A stretch of DNA of 64,000 bases from an uncultured Bacteroidales bacterium (GTDB taxonomy: Bacteria; Bacteroidota; Bacteroidia; Bacteroidales; FEN-979), in assembly GCA_903887775.1 (NCBI GenBank), contig CAISRB010000011.1, forward strand, positions 259,664 through 323,663, given 5' to 3'. Shown here piece after piece: positions 19,149-27,525 of this stretch. Each line of letters opens with the position of its first letter. Positions within the stretch are counted from its first letter, which is position 1. A program made the translations under genes and the position numbers. The notes under the pieces were generated by a model that was not told the DNA's origin, did not search any database, and saw only the letters and a list, made by a program, of their open reading frames with translations.

Positions 19149-20702
19149 CTATTCTCTGATGTGCTCTTTCCGTAACAGATCATTTACAGTCTTTACGGGG
19201 TTAAAGGTGATGATCGGTACTTCAATGAAAACCGTGATCCACTCTGCCATTGCCCCGTTCCATAAGCCCGGACGCTCAAGGGCTTTTAAATTTTTACCTC
19301 CGGATGACTTTATTGATATAAAGCCCGTTTCTTCATCAACATAACGGGAAAGATCAAATTTATTGCCCTCGTAATCACGGGTCGAGCACACAAGATCAAC
19401 TGGATTAAAATGTGTTGCTGATCGGAAAATGGATGCCTGTGCCGGATCCTTCATGTTTACCTGGGAAGATTCAACGATCTGGAGGGACGTCCCGCCCTGT
19501 TTATCCCTTACCCAGTATGGACCGCCTCCCGGCTCTCCTTCATTCTTTACCATTCCGCAAACTCTAATCGGCCTGTTTAATTTATTATACATCCATCCGA
19601 TCTGATCTTCTATGATCATGCCTGAAAAATCTGAGGGTAAGGTGATCAGAAGATGTTTCCTGGCAAATTCAGTAATCTTCGAAATATCATCTGAATTGCA
19701 ATTCCCGTTATGAACCTTAAGCAGGAATTCAAAACAATGTTTCCTTAACCATAGAAGATAACCCCCGATAAGTTTTTTATGTAAAACCGTTGGCTCTTTT
19801 AAACGGTCAGGAACAACATTGTCGATATTTTTCACAAAAATAATATCTGCATCAATATCATTCAGGTTCTGCAACAGAGCGCCATGGCCGCCAGGCCTGA
19901 ACAGAAGGCTGCCATCGGCATTTCTGAAAGGATTGTTCTCTTCATCAACAGCGAGGGTATCAGTTGAAAGCATTTGAAATGAATAACTTACATCAAATGT
20001 GACATTCAATTCAGATTCATGGAATGCCCTGACGTTGCTCACCATATATTCGAACCTTGACCTGTGTTCCGGAGAAATCGTAAAATGAAGCCTGGCAAGC
20101 CCGCTGCTGTCGCCTGCATATAACGCTGCTTCGACCATATGTTCCTCTGCCGAAGTCCTGGCGCTTTGACGGTAGTCATGGAAACGCACCAGCGCTTTCG
20201 GAAGGTTTGAATAATCAAGGCCCTTGTCTGTAAGGACATGATCAATTATTGTATTGTAATCATGGTTGTTGAGAAGTTGGTCAGGATCGAAGCCGCTACG
20301 CTCAAGCCTCAGTGATAATTCACTGTAGAATGCAATTTCTTTAAGGTGATTGATAAAATACCAGACTGAATTAAATCCTTTATCCCTATTAAAGAGTTCC
20401 TCTCCTGAAGAACCGTTACGGTATGTATTTCTGAACTCGAATAAATGCTTGAACATCCTGCTGGCAGCTCCGGAAGCCGGGACAAACTTCATGATCTTCA
20501 GATCTTTAATATCCTGCTCAAATAATTTGATGAATTTTTTCTTTTCTTCATCCCCGGGACAAACAATGCCATTCCCTGAAATGGCCGGGGCTGCAAGATC
20601 AATGAAAGGAAAACCCTGAATAAAATGGCTGATCTGCCTTTCAAGAGCTTCAACGCTCATTCCCCTCTCCTGAATTTGCCTGAGGTCGTAAGTGGAAAAC
20701 AT
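19149..20702 (-). CDS. DUF4301-like protein (nucleotidyltransferase-like fold family)
   Basis: About 517 aa from MFSTYDLRQIQERGMSVEALERQISHFIQGFPF, the N-terminus I associate with DUF4301. This is a call from memory, not a search. Confidence 0.5.
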   Translation of the reverse strand: MFSTYDLRQIQERGMSVEALERQISHFIQGFPFIDLAAPAISGNGIVCPGDEEKKKFIKLFEQDIKDLKIMKFVPASGAASRMFKHLFEFRNTYRNGSSGEELFNRDKGFNSVWYFINHLKEIAFYSELSLRLERSGFDPDQLLNNHDYNTIIDHVLTDKGLDYSNLPKALVRFHDYRQSARTSAEEHMVEAALYAGDSSGLARLHFTISPEHRSRFEYMVSNVRAFHESELNVTFDVSYSFQMLSTDTLAVDEENNPFRNADGSLLFRPGGHGALLQNLNDIDADIIFVKNIDNVVPDRLKEPTVLHKKLIGGYLLWLRKHCFEFLLKVHNGNCNSDDISKITEFARKHLLITLPSDFSGMIIEDQIGWMYNKLNRPIRVCGMVKNEGEPGGGPYWVRDKQGGTSLQIVESSQVNMKDPAQASIFRSATHFNPVDLVCSTRDYEGNKFDLSRYVDEETGFISIKSSGGKNLKALERPGLWNGAMAEWITVFIEVPIITFNPVKTVNDLLRKEHIRE

Positions 20703-20840
20703 GCAAATAAATTTATTGCGAAGATACAAAACGGCTTTAAACTGTTGGTGCCTTTGTAAAATACCGGAATTAAAATAGATTTTTTATCAAATCTGCAATA
20801 TCTCGCATGATTTTTGATGTTGTTTTACTTAAATTTTAAC

Positions 20841-20907
20841 ATGAAATACCCATAAGGACATGTTCATACAAACTCCGAATGTTAATTATGGGTATTCCAT
20901 TTGACCA
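20841..20907 (+). repeat. Copy 1 of a perfect 67-bp direct repeat with an internal 11-bp-stem hairpin
   Basis: Identical to 20930..20996. Arms AATACCCATAA (20845-20855) and TTATGGGTATT (20886-20896). Confidence 0.9.
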
Positions 20908-20929
20908 TTAAAAAACAAATTATTGACAC

Positions 20930-20996
20930 ATGAAATACCCATAAGGACATGTTCATACAAACTCCGAATGTTAATTATGGGTATTCCATTTGACCA
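20930..20996 (+). repeat. Copy 2 of the perfect 67-bp direct repeat
   Basis: Identical to 20841..20907, with an 89-bp period. It ends 25 nt before the S8 protease ATG at 21022. Confidence 0.9.
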
Positions 20997-21021
20997 ATTT
21001 GCAAAAAACAAATATCAACAA

Positions 21022-22698
21022 ATGAAACGAATAATTACCCTTGTCTTCTTAATAGCAGGATTCACAATATCCGCACAAATAGCCCCGCATAAATACTTTG
21101 TTGAGTTCAAGGATAAAAACCAGAATCCATGGTCGCTTGACCATCCCGAACAATTCCTTACGCCAAGGGCAATACAACGCCGTCAGGCGATGGGAATAGG
21201 GTATGAGCAAAATGACCTTCCGGTTACTCCTGTTTACCTGCAAACAATTCAAAACCTTGGCGCTCAAATTCTTAATCCAACAAAATGGCTCAATGGCACC
21301 ACGATATACCTTGCTGATACTTCCCTGATTGATACAATTAAAAAGCTGCTGTTTGTAAAATCGGTTGTGAATCATTCAGGGGTTTCTTTAAAGGTTTCGG
21401 CTCCATACGATAAATTTTATATTGAAAATCAGATTGTTCCGGTATCACGGCCATCATATTCGGTTAAAAACGCATCCGGGTTTGATTATGGTGAGTCATA
21501 TGCCCAGATTCACCAGGTTGACGGGGATGTCATGCACCAGAATGGTTTTCGGGGGCAGGGTATTGTTATCGCACAGTTGGATGCAGGCTTTTACCATGTT
21601 CCTCTTTTGCCTGCATTTGACAGCCTGAGAGCGAATAATCAGATACTTGGTTATAAAGATTTTGTTAAAAACGGCCTGCCGGTCTTTGACGATCCAAAGG
21701 ACGCGCATGGGATGTGGGTGCTTTCAATCATGGGAGGCTTGATTCCCGGACATTTGATTGGTTCTGCGCCTAAAGCCTGTTTTTGGCTTCTGAAAACCGA
21801 AGAGTATCAGCATGAGTATGAGACCGAGGAATATAATTGGGTATCAGGGGCTGAATTTGCCGACAGTGTCGGGGCTGATATAATAACATCATCTCTTGGT
21901 TACACTTTATTCGATTCAACGTTCAGGGACCATACCTGTGCTGATATGGATGGCCATACAACGGTTTGCAGCAGGGGTGCCAACACTGCTTTCAGCAAGG
22001 GTATAGTTGTAGTAGTTAGTGCTGGAAATGAGGGAGATAAGCCATACTGGAGATGTATAAGTGCACCTGCGGATGCAGATTTTGCGATAGCATGTGCTGC
22101 TGTTGATTCTGACGGAAAAAGAGTCTCTTTCAGCTCCTTGGGAGTTGATACCGGAGGCCGGGTTAAACCAAATGTTGCTGCAATGGGTTATCTCACGGTT
22201 ATACAGGATGTTGGAGGTAATATCACCAGGGGTAATGGCACATCGTTTTCTGCTCCTATTATTGCAGGCATGACAGCCTGCCTGCTGCAGTCGCGTCCCG
22301 CTTATGCCAATACATTTATTAAGAATGCCATTGAAAGGGCCGGCAACCATAGTTCAACACCTGACAGCCTTACAGGATACGGAATCCCTGATTTTGTTAA
22401 AGCAATGAATATTACAGGAATAAAAGAAGATAGCAGAAGCATTAATTTAAGTGCTTTTCCAAACCCCGTTTCCTCCGGGCTAAGCCTGAAGTTCAATTCA
22501 AGCCAGGCCGGGACTTCGGAAATTAAAATTATTGATGCCATCGGAAGGGCACATATGGTAAGAATTATCTCGGTAAGGGAAGGGGAGAACAGTCTGATCA
22601 TTAATAACCTGACAGGATTAAAGCCAGGTATGTATATTATAACACTGAATTCAGAGTTCCTGCATGCAACCTGCCAGATGATCAAATTGCCTGAGTAG
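21022..22698 (+). CDS. S8 (subtilisin) family serine peptidase with a T9SS type A C-terminal sorting domain
   Basis: Signal peptide MKRIITLVFLIAGFTISAQ. Catalytic triad contexts IAQLDAGF, DAHGMWV and GNGTSFSAPIIAG. C-terminal FPNPVSSGLSLKF...GMYIITL sorting domain. The track start at 20923 reads through repeat copy 2 and is rejected. Confidence 0.85.
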   Translation: MKRIITLVFLIAGFTISAQIAPHKYFVEFKDKNQNPWSLDHPEQFLTPRAIQRRQAMGIGYEQNDLPVTPVYLQTIQNLGAQILNPTKWLNGTTIYLADTSLIDTIKKLLFVKSVVNHSGVSLKVSAPYDKFYIENQIVPVSRPSYSVKNASGFDYGESYAQIHQVDGDVMHQNGFRGQGIVIAQLDAGFYHVPLLPAFDSLRANNQILGYKDFVKNGLPVFDDPKDAHGMWVLSIMGGLIPGHLIGSAPKACFWLLKTEEYQHEYETEEYNWVSGAEFADSVGADIITSSLGYTLFDSTFRDHTCADMDGHTTVCSRGANTAFSKGIVVVVSAGNEGDKPYWRCISAPADADFAIACAAVDSDGKRVSFSSLGVDTGGRVKPNVAAMGYLTVIQDVGGNITRGNGTSFSAPIIAGMTACLLQSRPAYANTFIKNAIERAGNHSSTPDSLTGYGIPDFVKAMNITGIKEDSRSINLSAFPNPVSSGLSLKFNSSQAGTSEIKIIDAIGRAHMVRIISVREGENSLIINNLTGLKPGMYIITLNSEFLHATCQMIKLPE

Positions 22699-22725
22699 GG
22701 ACTGGTCCTTTAAGGGTATATTTTT

Positions 22726-22766
22726 AAACCCGGTTGAAGATTTTTTCAGCTGGGTTTTATTTTTAT
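22726..22766 (+). terminator. Intrinsic terminator after the S8 protease gene
   Basis: 13-bp stem AAACCCGGUUGAA / UUCAGCUGGGUUU (two G-U pairs) with a 6-nt loop, followed by UUAUUUUUAUU. Confidence 0.65.
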
Positions 22767-22776
22767 TAAATGGTAT

Positions 22777-22846
22777 GAACCCTGTGGGAAGTCCCGGCCC
22801 CAGGTCAGGCATCAAGCTGAAGGGAATTTACCTGGATGGATTAAAT
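22777..22846 (+). repeat. Copy A of a GC-rich ~70-nt structured repeat family
   Basis: Shares CCCGGCCCCAGG and ACCTGG(A/T)TGGATTAAA with copy C. CCAGGT (22800-22805) pairs with ACCTGG (22830-22835). Confidence 0.7.
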
Positions 22847-22885
22847 GTTTACAGTTGAAATTACAATTGTAAACCAATTAGATGG

Positions 22886-22963
22886 TATTCACCGAGAGGC
22901 AAGCCCAGGCCCCAAGCTCGCCCGGTAGGCTGAGCGAAATTCAGGCGAAGAACGGATTAAATA
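22886..22963 (+). repeat. Copy B (more diverged) of the GC-rich repeat family
   Basis: GGCAAGCCCAGGCCCCAAG ... ACGGATTAAAT. The alternative stem TCGCC/GGCGA occupies the equivalent place. Confidence 0.55.
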
Positions 22964-23106
22964 AAAGGCAATTTGATACTTACAAAGAACGGACAAGTCT
23001 TTGTTTATGTTTTGTTTTATTCAATTCAGCGAATCATATCAGTAAACAAATAATTATAATGTTTACAATTCTAAATTATGTATATTTACAATACGATTTA
23101 ATAAGA

Positions 23107-23151
23107 TTACATATGTAAATCAATTATACTATTTAAAAGTTACAAATGTAA
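23107..23151. promoter_or_regulatory. Two operator-like sites TTACATATGTAA (perfect palindrome) and TTACAAATGTAA, 33 bp apart, upstream of the HTH gene
   Basis: Sites at 23107-23118 and 23140-23151. Each is followed by AT(C/T)AATT(-/T)ATA, so the direct repeat is about 22 bp. Confidence 0.35.
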
Positions 23152-23240
23152 ATTAATTTATATTTTGAATTAAATATTTTCTATAAGACAATAAACCAGT
23201 CAGTTAATGAAGATTAGTTAAACTTATAAATGAAGTAAGT

Positions 23241-23789
23241 ATGATTGAGAGGCTTAAGAGGTTAATGCAGATAAAAAACCTGTCACCTTCGCAATTTGCG
23301 GATGAAATCAAGGTGCAGCGTTCCGGGATTTCACATTTAATTTCAGGCCGGAATAAACCAAGCCTGGAATTCATTTTAAAAATTTTGAATCATTTTCCGG
23401 ATGTTAATCCTGATTGGCTGCTTTTTGGAAACGAACCTGTTTATCGGGACGGGACTTCAAATTTGTCTTTTGAAGAGAAACCTGAAATTTCAACAGACAG
23501 TACTAAGATATCCCGGAATGAAAATAATCCGGTTCCACAACCTTCATTCATGAATGGATTATTCAGTGAATCAGGCAAAGCGGGTTTTGATAATGAGAAA
23601 GCAATTATGCAAACACCTAAAGATCAGACGACCCGGCAACGGCAAACCCAACTGAAAGACACTGCAAACGGGAAAAAAGAAGCGTCAGGAGAGGGGCAAA
23701 CTGCGTCAAATCCTGGTAATGAGGAAGAAATTGAAAGGATTATCATATTTAATAAGAACAAGACCTTCGTCCAGTATTTTCCTCAGTAA
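23241..23789 (+). CDS. XRE-type helix-turn-helix protein with a low-complexity C-terminal tail
   Basis: 182 aa. The N-terminus LSPSQFADEIKVQRSGISHLISGRNKPSLEFILKIL is a Cro/C1-type HTH. The remainder is polar and looks disordered. Confidence 0.75.
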   Translation: MIERLKRLMQIKNLSPSQFADEIKVQRSGISHLISGRNKPSLEFILKILNHFPDVNPDWLLFGNEPVYRDGTSNLSFEEKPEISTDSTKISRNENNPVPQPSFMNGLFSESGKAGFDNEKAIMQTPKDQTTRQRQTQLKDTANGKKEASGEGQTASNPGNEEEIERIIIFNKNKTFVQYFPQ

Positions 23790-23796
23790 CATATTA

Positions 23797-24216
23797 TCAG
23801 ACGTTTTCAATCGAAGAGAAAAAGAAATTCCCTTCCCTTTCAGCAGTTGCATCGGCATCTGAGCCATGCACTGCATTTTCTGTAATACTTTTACCATAAA
23901 GGTTTCTCACAGTTCCTTTTTCGGCTTTTGCAGGATCCGTGGCACCGATCAGCTTACGGAATTCGGCAACTGCATCGTCCTTTGCAATTATTGCCGCGAT
24001 GATAGGGCCGGAAGACATAAACCGGGTGAGATCTTCGTAAAAGCTTTTGCCGTTGTGTTCTGCATAAAACAAGCCGGCCTGGTGTCTGCTCAAATGGATG
24101 AGTTTCATTGCAACTAACCTGAATCCGGCTTTCTCGATCATCGCAAGGATATCTCCTGCATGCCCGGCAGCTACGGCCGAAGGCTTTATCATTGTAAATG
24201 TGAGTTTCCCTGTCAT
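23797..24216 (-). CDS. ndk: Nucleoside-diphosphate kinase
   Basis: 140 aa from MTGKLTFTMIKPSAV, with NAVHGSD containing the active-site His. The track start at 24288 overruns the divergent promoter boxes. Confidence 0.9.
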   Translation of the reverse strand: MTGKLTFTMIKPSAVAAGHAGDILAMIEKAGFRLVAMKLIHLSRHQAGLFYAEHNGKSFYEDLTRFMSSGPIIAAIIAKDDAVAEFRKLIGATDPAKAEKGTVRNLYGKSITENAVHGSDADATAEREGNFFFSSIENV

Positions 24217-24243
24217 AGTGACATCTTTAAAATTAGGTGGCGG

Positions 24244-24251
24244 CAAAAGTA
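24244..24251 (-). promoter_or_regulatory. -7 box TACTTTTG for ndk
   Basis: The reverse complement of caaaagta matches TAnnTTTG, 28 nt upstream of the ATG at 24216. Confidence 0.4.
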
Positions 24252-24271
24252 AGACTATTTTTAAAAATATG

Positions 24272-24279
24272 TACTTTTG
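24272..24279 (+). promoter_or_regulatory. -7 box TACTTTTG for the DHH gene
   Basis: Exact TAnnTTTG, 12 nt upstream of the ATG at 24291. Confidence 0.4.
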
Positions 24280-24290
24280 TCCCTTCATTC

Positions 24291-25328
24291 ATGGAAAACT
24301 ATTTAGAAAACTCAGATTTCATTCAGGTTCGGGAAATCCTGGACAAATCAGGCAAGATAATTATCTCGACCCATACAAATCCCGACGGAGATGCGATAGG
24401 AGCGAGTCTTGCCCTGTTTTTGTATTTAAAAAAGCGGGGATTCGTCGTCACGGTTATAATTCCAGATCCCTACCCTGAATTTCTTGCATGGATGCCCGGT
24501 GCAAAAGAGATTAAGGTCTTTGAAAGTGATCAGGAAAGATGCAAGGAATTAATCGGGGAATCGGACCTGATTGTATGTGTTGATTTTAATAATTTAAGCA
24601 GGCTGAATGAACTTCAAACGGAAGTAAGGAATTCCGGTTCCGGGAAGGTGTTGATAGATCATCATTTAAATCCTGCTGATGAATTCGATTACAAAATATC
24701 ATTTAACAAGATATCATCCACCTCTGAAATGGTTTATGATTTTATCGGTGAATCGGGTTACAGGCACTTGATTGATAAAGAGATTGCGGAATGCTTATAC
24801 ACAGGTATTGCCACCGATACAGGATCGTTCAGTTACTCATGCAATTACGTTAAAACATACCTTATAACAGCTGAACTTTTCCGCCTGGGCATTGACGGGG
24901 AGCATATTCACCGTCTGATTTATGACACATATTCTGAAAGCCGTTTAAGGCTCCTGGGATATGCCGTCAGTGATGGTCTTATCGTTCTTCCTGAATATCA
25001 TACAGCATATATTGTTCTTACAAAAGACGATCTGATCCGATTTAACTACGAGGTTGGTGATACCGAAGGGGTTGTTAATTATGCTCTTTCAATCAGGGAC
25101 ATCAATCTTGCCGCTCTTTTTATGGAGAGGGATGACCAGGTGAAGGTTTCCTTCCGTTCGAAAGGAAATTTTTCCGTTGATCGCCTTGCACGTGAACATT
25201 TCGGAGGGGGAGGGCATCGTAATGCTTCCGGAGCAAATTGCTTTATGACCTTAACAGAGACTGTTGAGAGTTTTCTTAAACTGCTCCCGGAATTCAGGAT
25301 CAGCCTTAAAAATGTTTATAACGACTGA
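24291..25328 (+). CDS. DHH/DHHA1 family phosphoesterase (NrnA-like oligoribonuclease / pAp phosphatase)
   Basis: Motifs ISTHTNPDGDAIGAS, VDFN, IDHH, DTGSF and GGGGHRNASG. Confidence 0.8.
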   Translation: MENYLENSDFIQVREILDKSGKIIISTHTNPDGDAIGASLALFLYLKKRGFVVTVIIPDPYPEFLAWMPGAKEIKVFESDQERCKELIGESDLIVCVDFNNLSRLNELQTEVRNSGSGKVLIDHHLNPADEFDYKISFNKISSTSEMVYDFIGESGYRHLIDKEIAECLYTGIATDTGSFSYSCNYVKTYLITAELFRLGIDGEHIHRLIYDTYSESRLRLLGYAVSDGLIVLPEYHTAYIVLTKDDLIRFNYEVGDTEGVVNYALSIRDINLAALFMERDDQVKVSFRSKGNFSVDRLAREHFGGGGHRNASGANCFMTLTETVESFLKLLPEFRISLKNVYND

Positions 25329-25330
25329 GG

Positions 25331-25900
25331 ATGTCAGATTCCAATCATCCTTTACTTTCATCGGGTCGCAGGATGCTTCTCCTGGCTTTTTCAGCCATCT
25401 GTCTTTCCTTTGTACTCTTCTCATGTGAACCTGAAACAAGACGGGCCCGTTCAACAGACCATATCCTCATGATGGACGCTAAACTGATCGGGTATAATCA
25501 GCAGCTTGTAAAGTCAGAGAATAGTGAAATTGAGGATTATATCATCCGGCATCATTGGAAAATGCAAGAGACCTCTACAGGTTTGAGGTATATGGTCTAT
25601 AAGAAAGGAAACGGCAGAAAGATCATTTCAGGAGATGTAGTCAGACTGAAGTACAGCCTTTCCCTTCTTAATGGGAACACAGCCTACAGCTCCGATTCTC
25701 TCGGCCCGAAGATCATTTGCCCCGGAACCTCGGAAGGGGAAACCGGTTTACAGGAAGCGCTGTTACTTATGCAGCAGGGTGACTGTGCAAAACTGATAGT
25801 CCCATCGCACCTGGCATTCGGGCTGCTTGGAGACCTGAAAAACATACCTGCCGGCGCCGCCCTGGTCTATGATATTGAAATCCTTTTACCTGCCCGTTGA
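25331..25900 (+). CDS. FKBP-type peptidyl-prolyl isomerase lipoprotein
   Basis: 189 aa. Lipobox LFSC. FKBP core GDVVRLKYSLSLLNG...GL.EALLLM..GD.AKLIVPSHLAFG. Confidence 0.8.
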   Translation: MSDSNHPLLSSGRRMLLLAFSAICLSFVLFSCEPETRRARSTDHILMMDAKLIGYNQQLVKSENSEIEDYIIRHHWKMQETSTGLRYMVYKKGNGRKIISGDVVRLKYSLSLLNGNTAYSSDSLGPKIICPGTSEGETGLQEALLLMQQGDCAKLIVPSHLAFGLLGDLKNIPAGAALVYDIEILLPAR

Positions 25901-26052
25901 AATCGTTAATAACCTTTATAAAAGTGTTAATAAGTAGCCTTTTTTTTATGGACCCTGTTGTTACCAACTTTACTATCTTGTTCAATCGTTAAGAAGGGAT
26001 AGGAATACAATAATAAGTAAATTAAACTGTTAAAATAGAAGCAATTAGTTAA

Positions 26053-26130
26053 TTTTAATCCAACCAGGTTAATTCCCCCGCAGTCTGCTGCGAAACCTGG
26101 GGCCGGGGCTTGCCCCTGGGTTAACACCAT
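26053..26130 (-). repeat. Copy C (inverted) of the GC-rich repeat family
   Basis: The reverse complement reads CCCAGGGGCAAGCCCCGGCCCCAGGTTTCGCAGCAGACTGCGGGGGAATTAACCTGGTTGGATTAAAA. It has nested stems CCAGGTT/AACCTGG and CGCAG/CTGCG. Confidence 0.7.
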
Positions 26131-26187
26131 TCAATTGTTAAATATTTTTCTTTGTCTAAATAAATAAAAACCATTAAAAACAAACAC

Positions 26188-27516
26188 ATGAAAAACAATC
26201 TTTTTAAATCGTTGGTACTTTTATTACTGTTGGCCCTGACAACTTTTGCCTGTTCCTCGAAGTATTCAGGGTTTGATAAAACAGCTAATGGCTTGTATTA
26301 TAAAATTATTAAAGAATCGAAGGATACCATTAAACCTAAGTTAGGTGATTGGGTTTCCTTGCATATGAGCTGGCAGTACAAAGATTCTGTTATGTTTGAC
26401 AGTCGCAAAGCTCAGGGCGGCAGCCCAATCAGGTTCCAGTTGCCTGCTTCTGATTTCAAAGGCGATATTTACGAAGGCTTAAAACTGTTATCAGCAGGCG
26501 ACAGCGCAGTTCTCCTGGTAAATGCCGATTCACTGTTCCGGAAAACCTTCCGTCAGCCCAGTCGTCCTAAGTTCGTGGATACTAATGCTGTTATTACCTT
26601 TCATATTAAATTACTTACAATTGACAATCCGCAGAATCTCATGAAAAAAGAGCTTGAAGAACTTGCAAAATATATTAAAGAAAAGAACATTACAGTTCCG
26701 GCTGCTCCCTCAGGCATTTATTTTATCGAGACTGCTGCAGGAAAGGGAATGAAGATTGATACAGGCGCATGGGTCTCTGTCCATTTTAAAGTCTTCCTTA
26801 TCGAAGGGAAGCAGCTCTTTTCCTCGTATGACAGGGCAGAACCGATTACTTTCGAGTTCGGGAAGCATTTTGACACCCCGGGTGTTGAGCAAGCCATAGG
26901 GATGATGAAAAAAGGCGGTAAAGCTACAGTGATAGTTCCTTCGAAACTTGCTTTCGGAGAAGCAGGAAGAGGCGGTATCGTACCTCCCTACTCAACGATG
27001 ATTTATGAATTGGAAATCGTTAATGTGCAAACAAAGGCCGAGCATGAAAAATCCCTCGCAGCTGAAAAGAAGGCAGCCGAAGAAAAGCTGAAGAAAAACA
27101 AGAGTGAGGAAACTGCTAATCTCAGCAAATACCTGAAAGAGAAAAACATTACTGCCAAACCAACTCAAAGTGGAATCTACTATATTGAGAAAGTGAAAGG
27201 AAGCGGAGCGAAAGCAGCAGCCGGCAAAGTCGTGTCTGTTCATTATACTGGAACTTTGCTGAACGGGACCAAATTTGACTCAAGTCGTGACCGGAACAAA
27301 CCTTTTGAGTTTACTCTCGGCCAGGGACAGGTAATCAAAGGATGGGACGAGGGTGTCGCTCTGATGAACGTTGGCGGAAAAGCAACGCTGATCATTCCCT
27401 CCGGTATGGGATACGGCGAACGTGATATGGGAACAATCCCCCCATATTCAACATTGGTTTTCGATGTCGAACTTCTTGATGTAAAAGATTCAAAGCCTCC
27501 AACTCTTAAGAAGTAA
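26188..27516 (+). CDS. Multi-domain (three FKBP-like modules) peptidyl-prolyl isomerase lipoprotein
   Basis: 442 aa. Lipobox FACS. Three SGIYY/GLYYK...V.VHY...G..FDSS...P..F.LG...VI.G modules; the last is canonical (GWDEGV..M.VGGKATLIIP...YG). Confidence 0.85.
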   Translation: MKNNLFKSLVLLLLLALTTFACSSKYSGFDKTANGLYYKIIKESKDTIKPKLGDWVSLHMSWQYKDSVMFDSRKAQGGSPIRFQLPASDFKGDIYEGLKLLSAGDSAVLLVNADSLFRKTFRQPSRPKFVDTNAVITFHIKLLTIDNPQNLMKKELEELAKYIKEKNITVPAAPSGIYFIETAAGKGMKIDTGAWVSVHFKVFLIEGKQLFSSYDRAEPITFEFGKHFDTPGVEQAIGMMKKGGKATVIVPSKLAFGEAGRGGIVPPYSTMIYELEIVNVQTKAEHEKSLAAEKKAAEEKLKKNKSEETANLSKYLKEKNITAKPTQSGIYYIEKVKGSGAKAAAGKVVSVHYTGTLLNGTKFDSSRDRNKPFEFTLGQGQVIKGWDEGVALMNVGGKATLIIPSGMGYGERDMGTIPPYSTLVFDVELLDVKDSKPPTLKK

Positions 27517-27525
27517 GGTCCGGAG

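Noticed and set aside
20923-21021. N-terminal extension of the S8 protease proposed by the ORF track
   Set aside because: The extension is a translation of repeat copy 2. A clean signal peptide (MKRIITLVFLIAGFTISAQ) begins at the ATG at 21022.
22882-23118. 78-aa ORF in the long spacer before the HTH gene
   Set aside because: It starts inside repeat copy B and runs through AT-rich, operator-like sequence. The product has no recognisable features, and its first half is simply the translated GC-rich repeat.
22777-26130. Idea that the inverted GC-rich repeats (A/B versus C) delimit a mobile island
   Set aside because: The enclosed genes (HTH, ndk, DHH phosphoesterase, FKBP) are housekeeping-like. 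No integrase or transposase is present, and I could not find target-site duplications. The copies look more like dispersed intergenic structured repeats.
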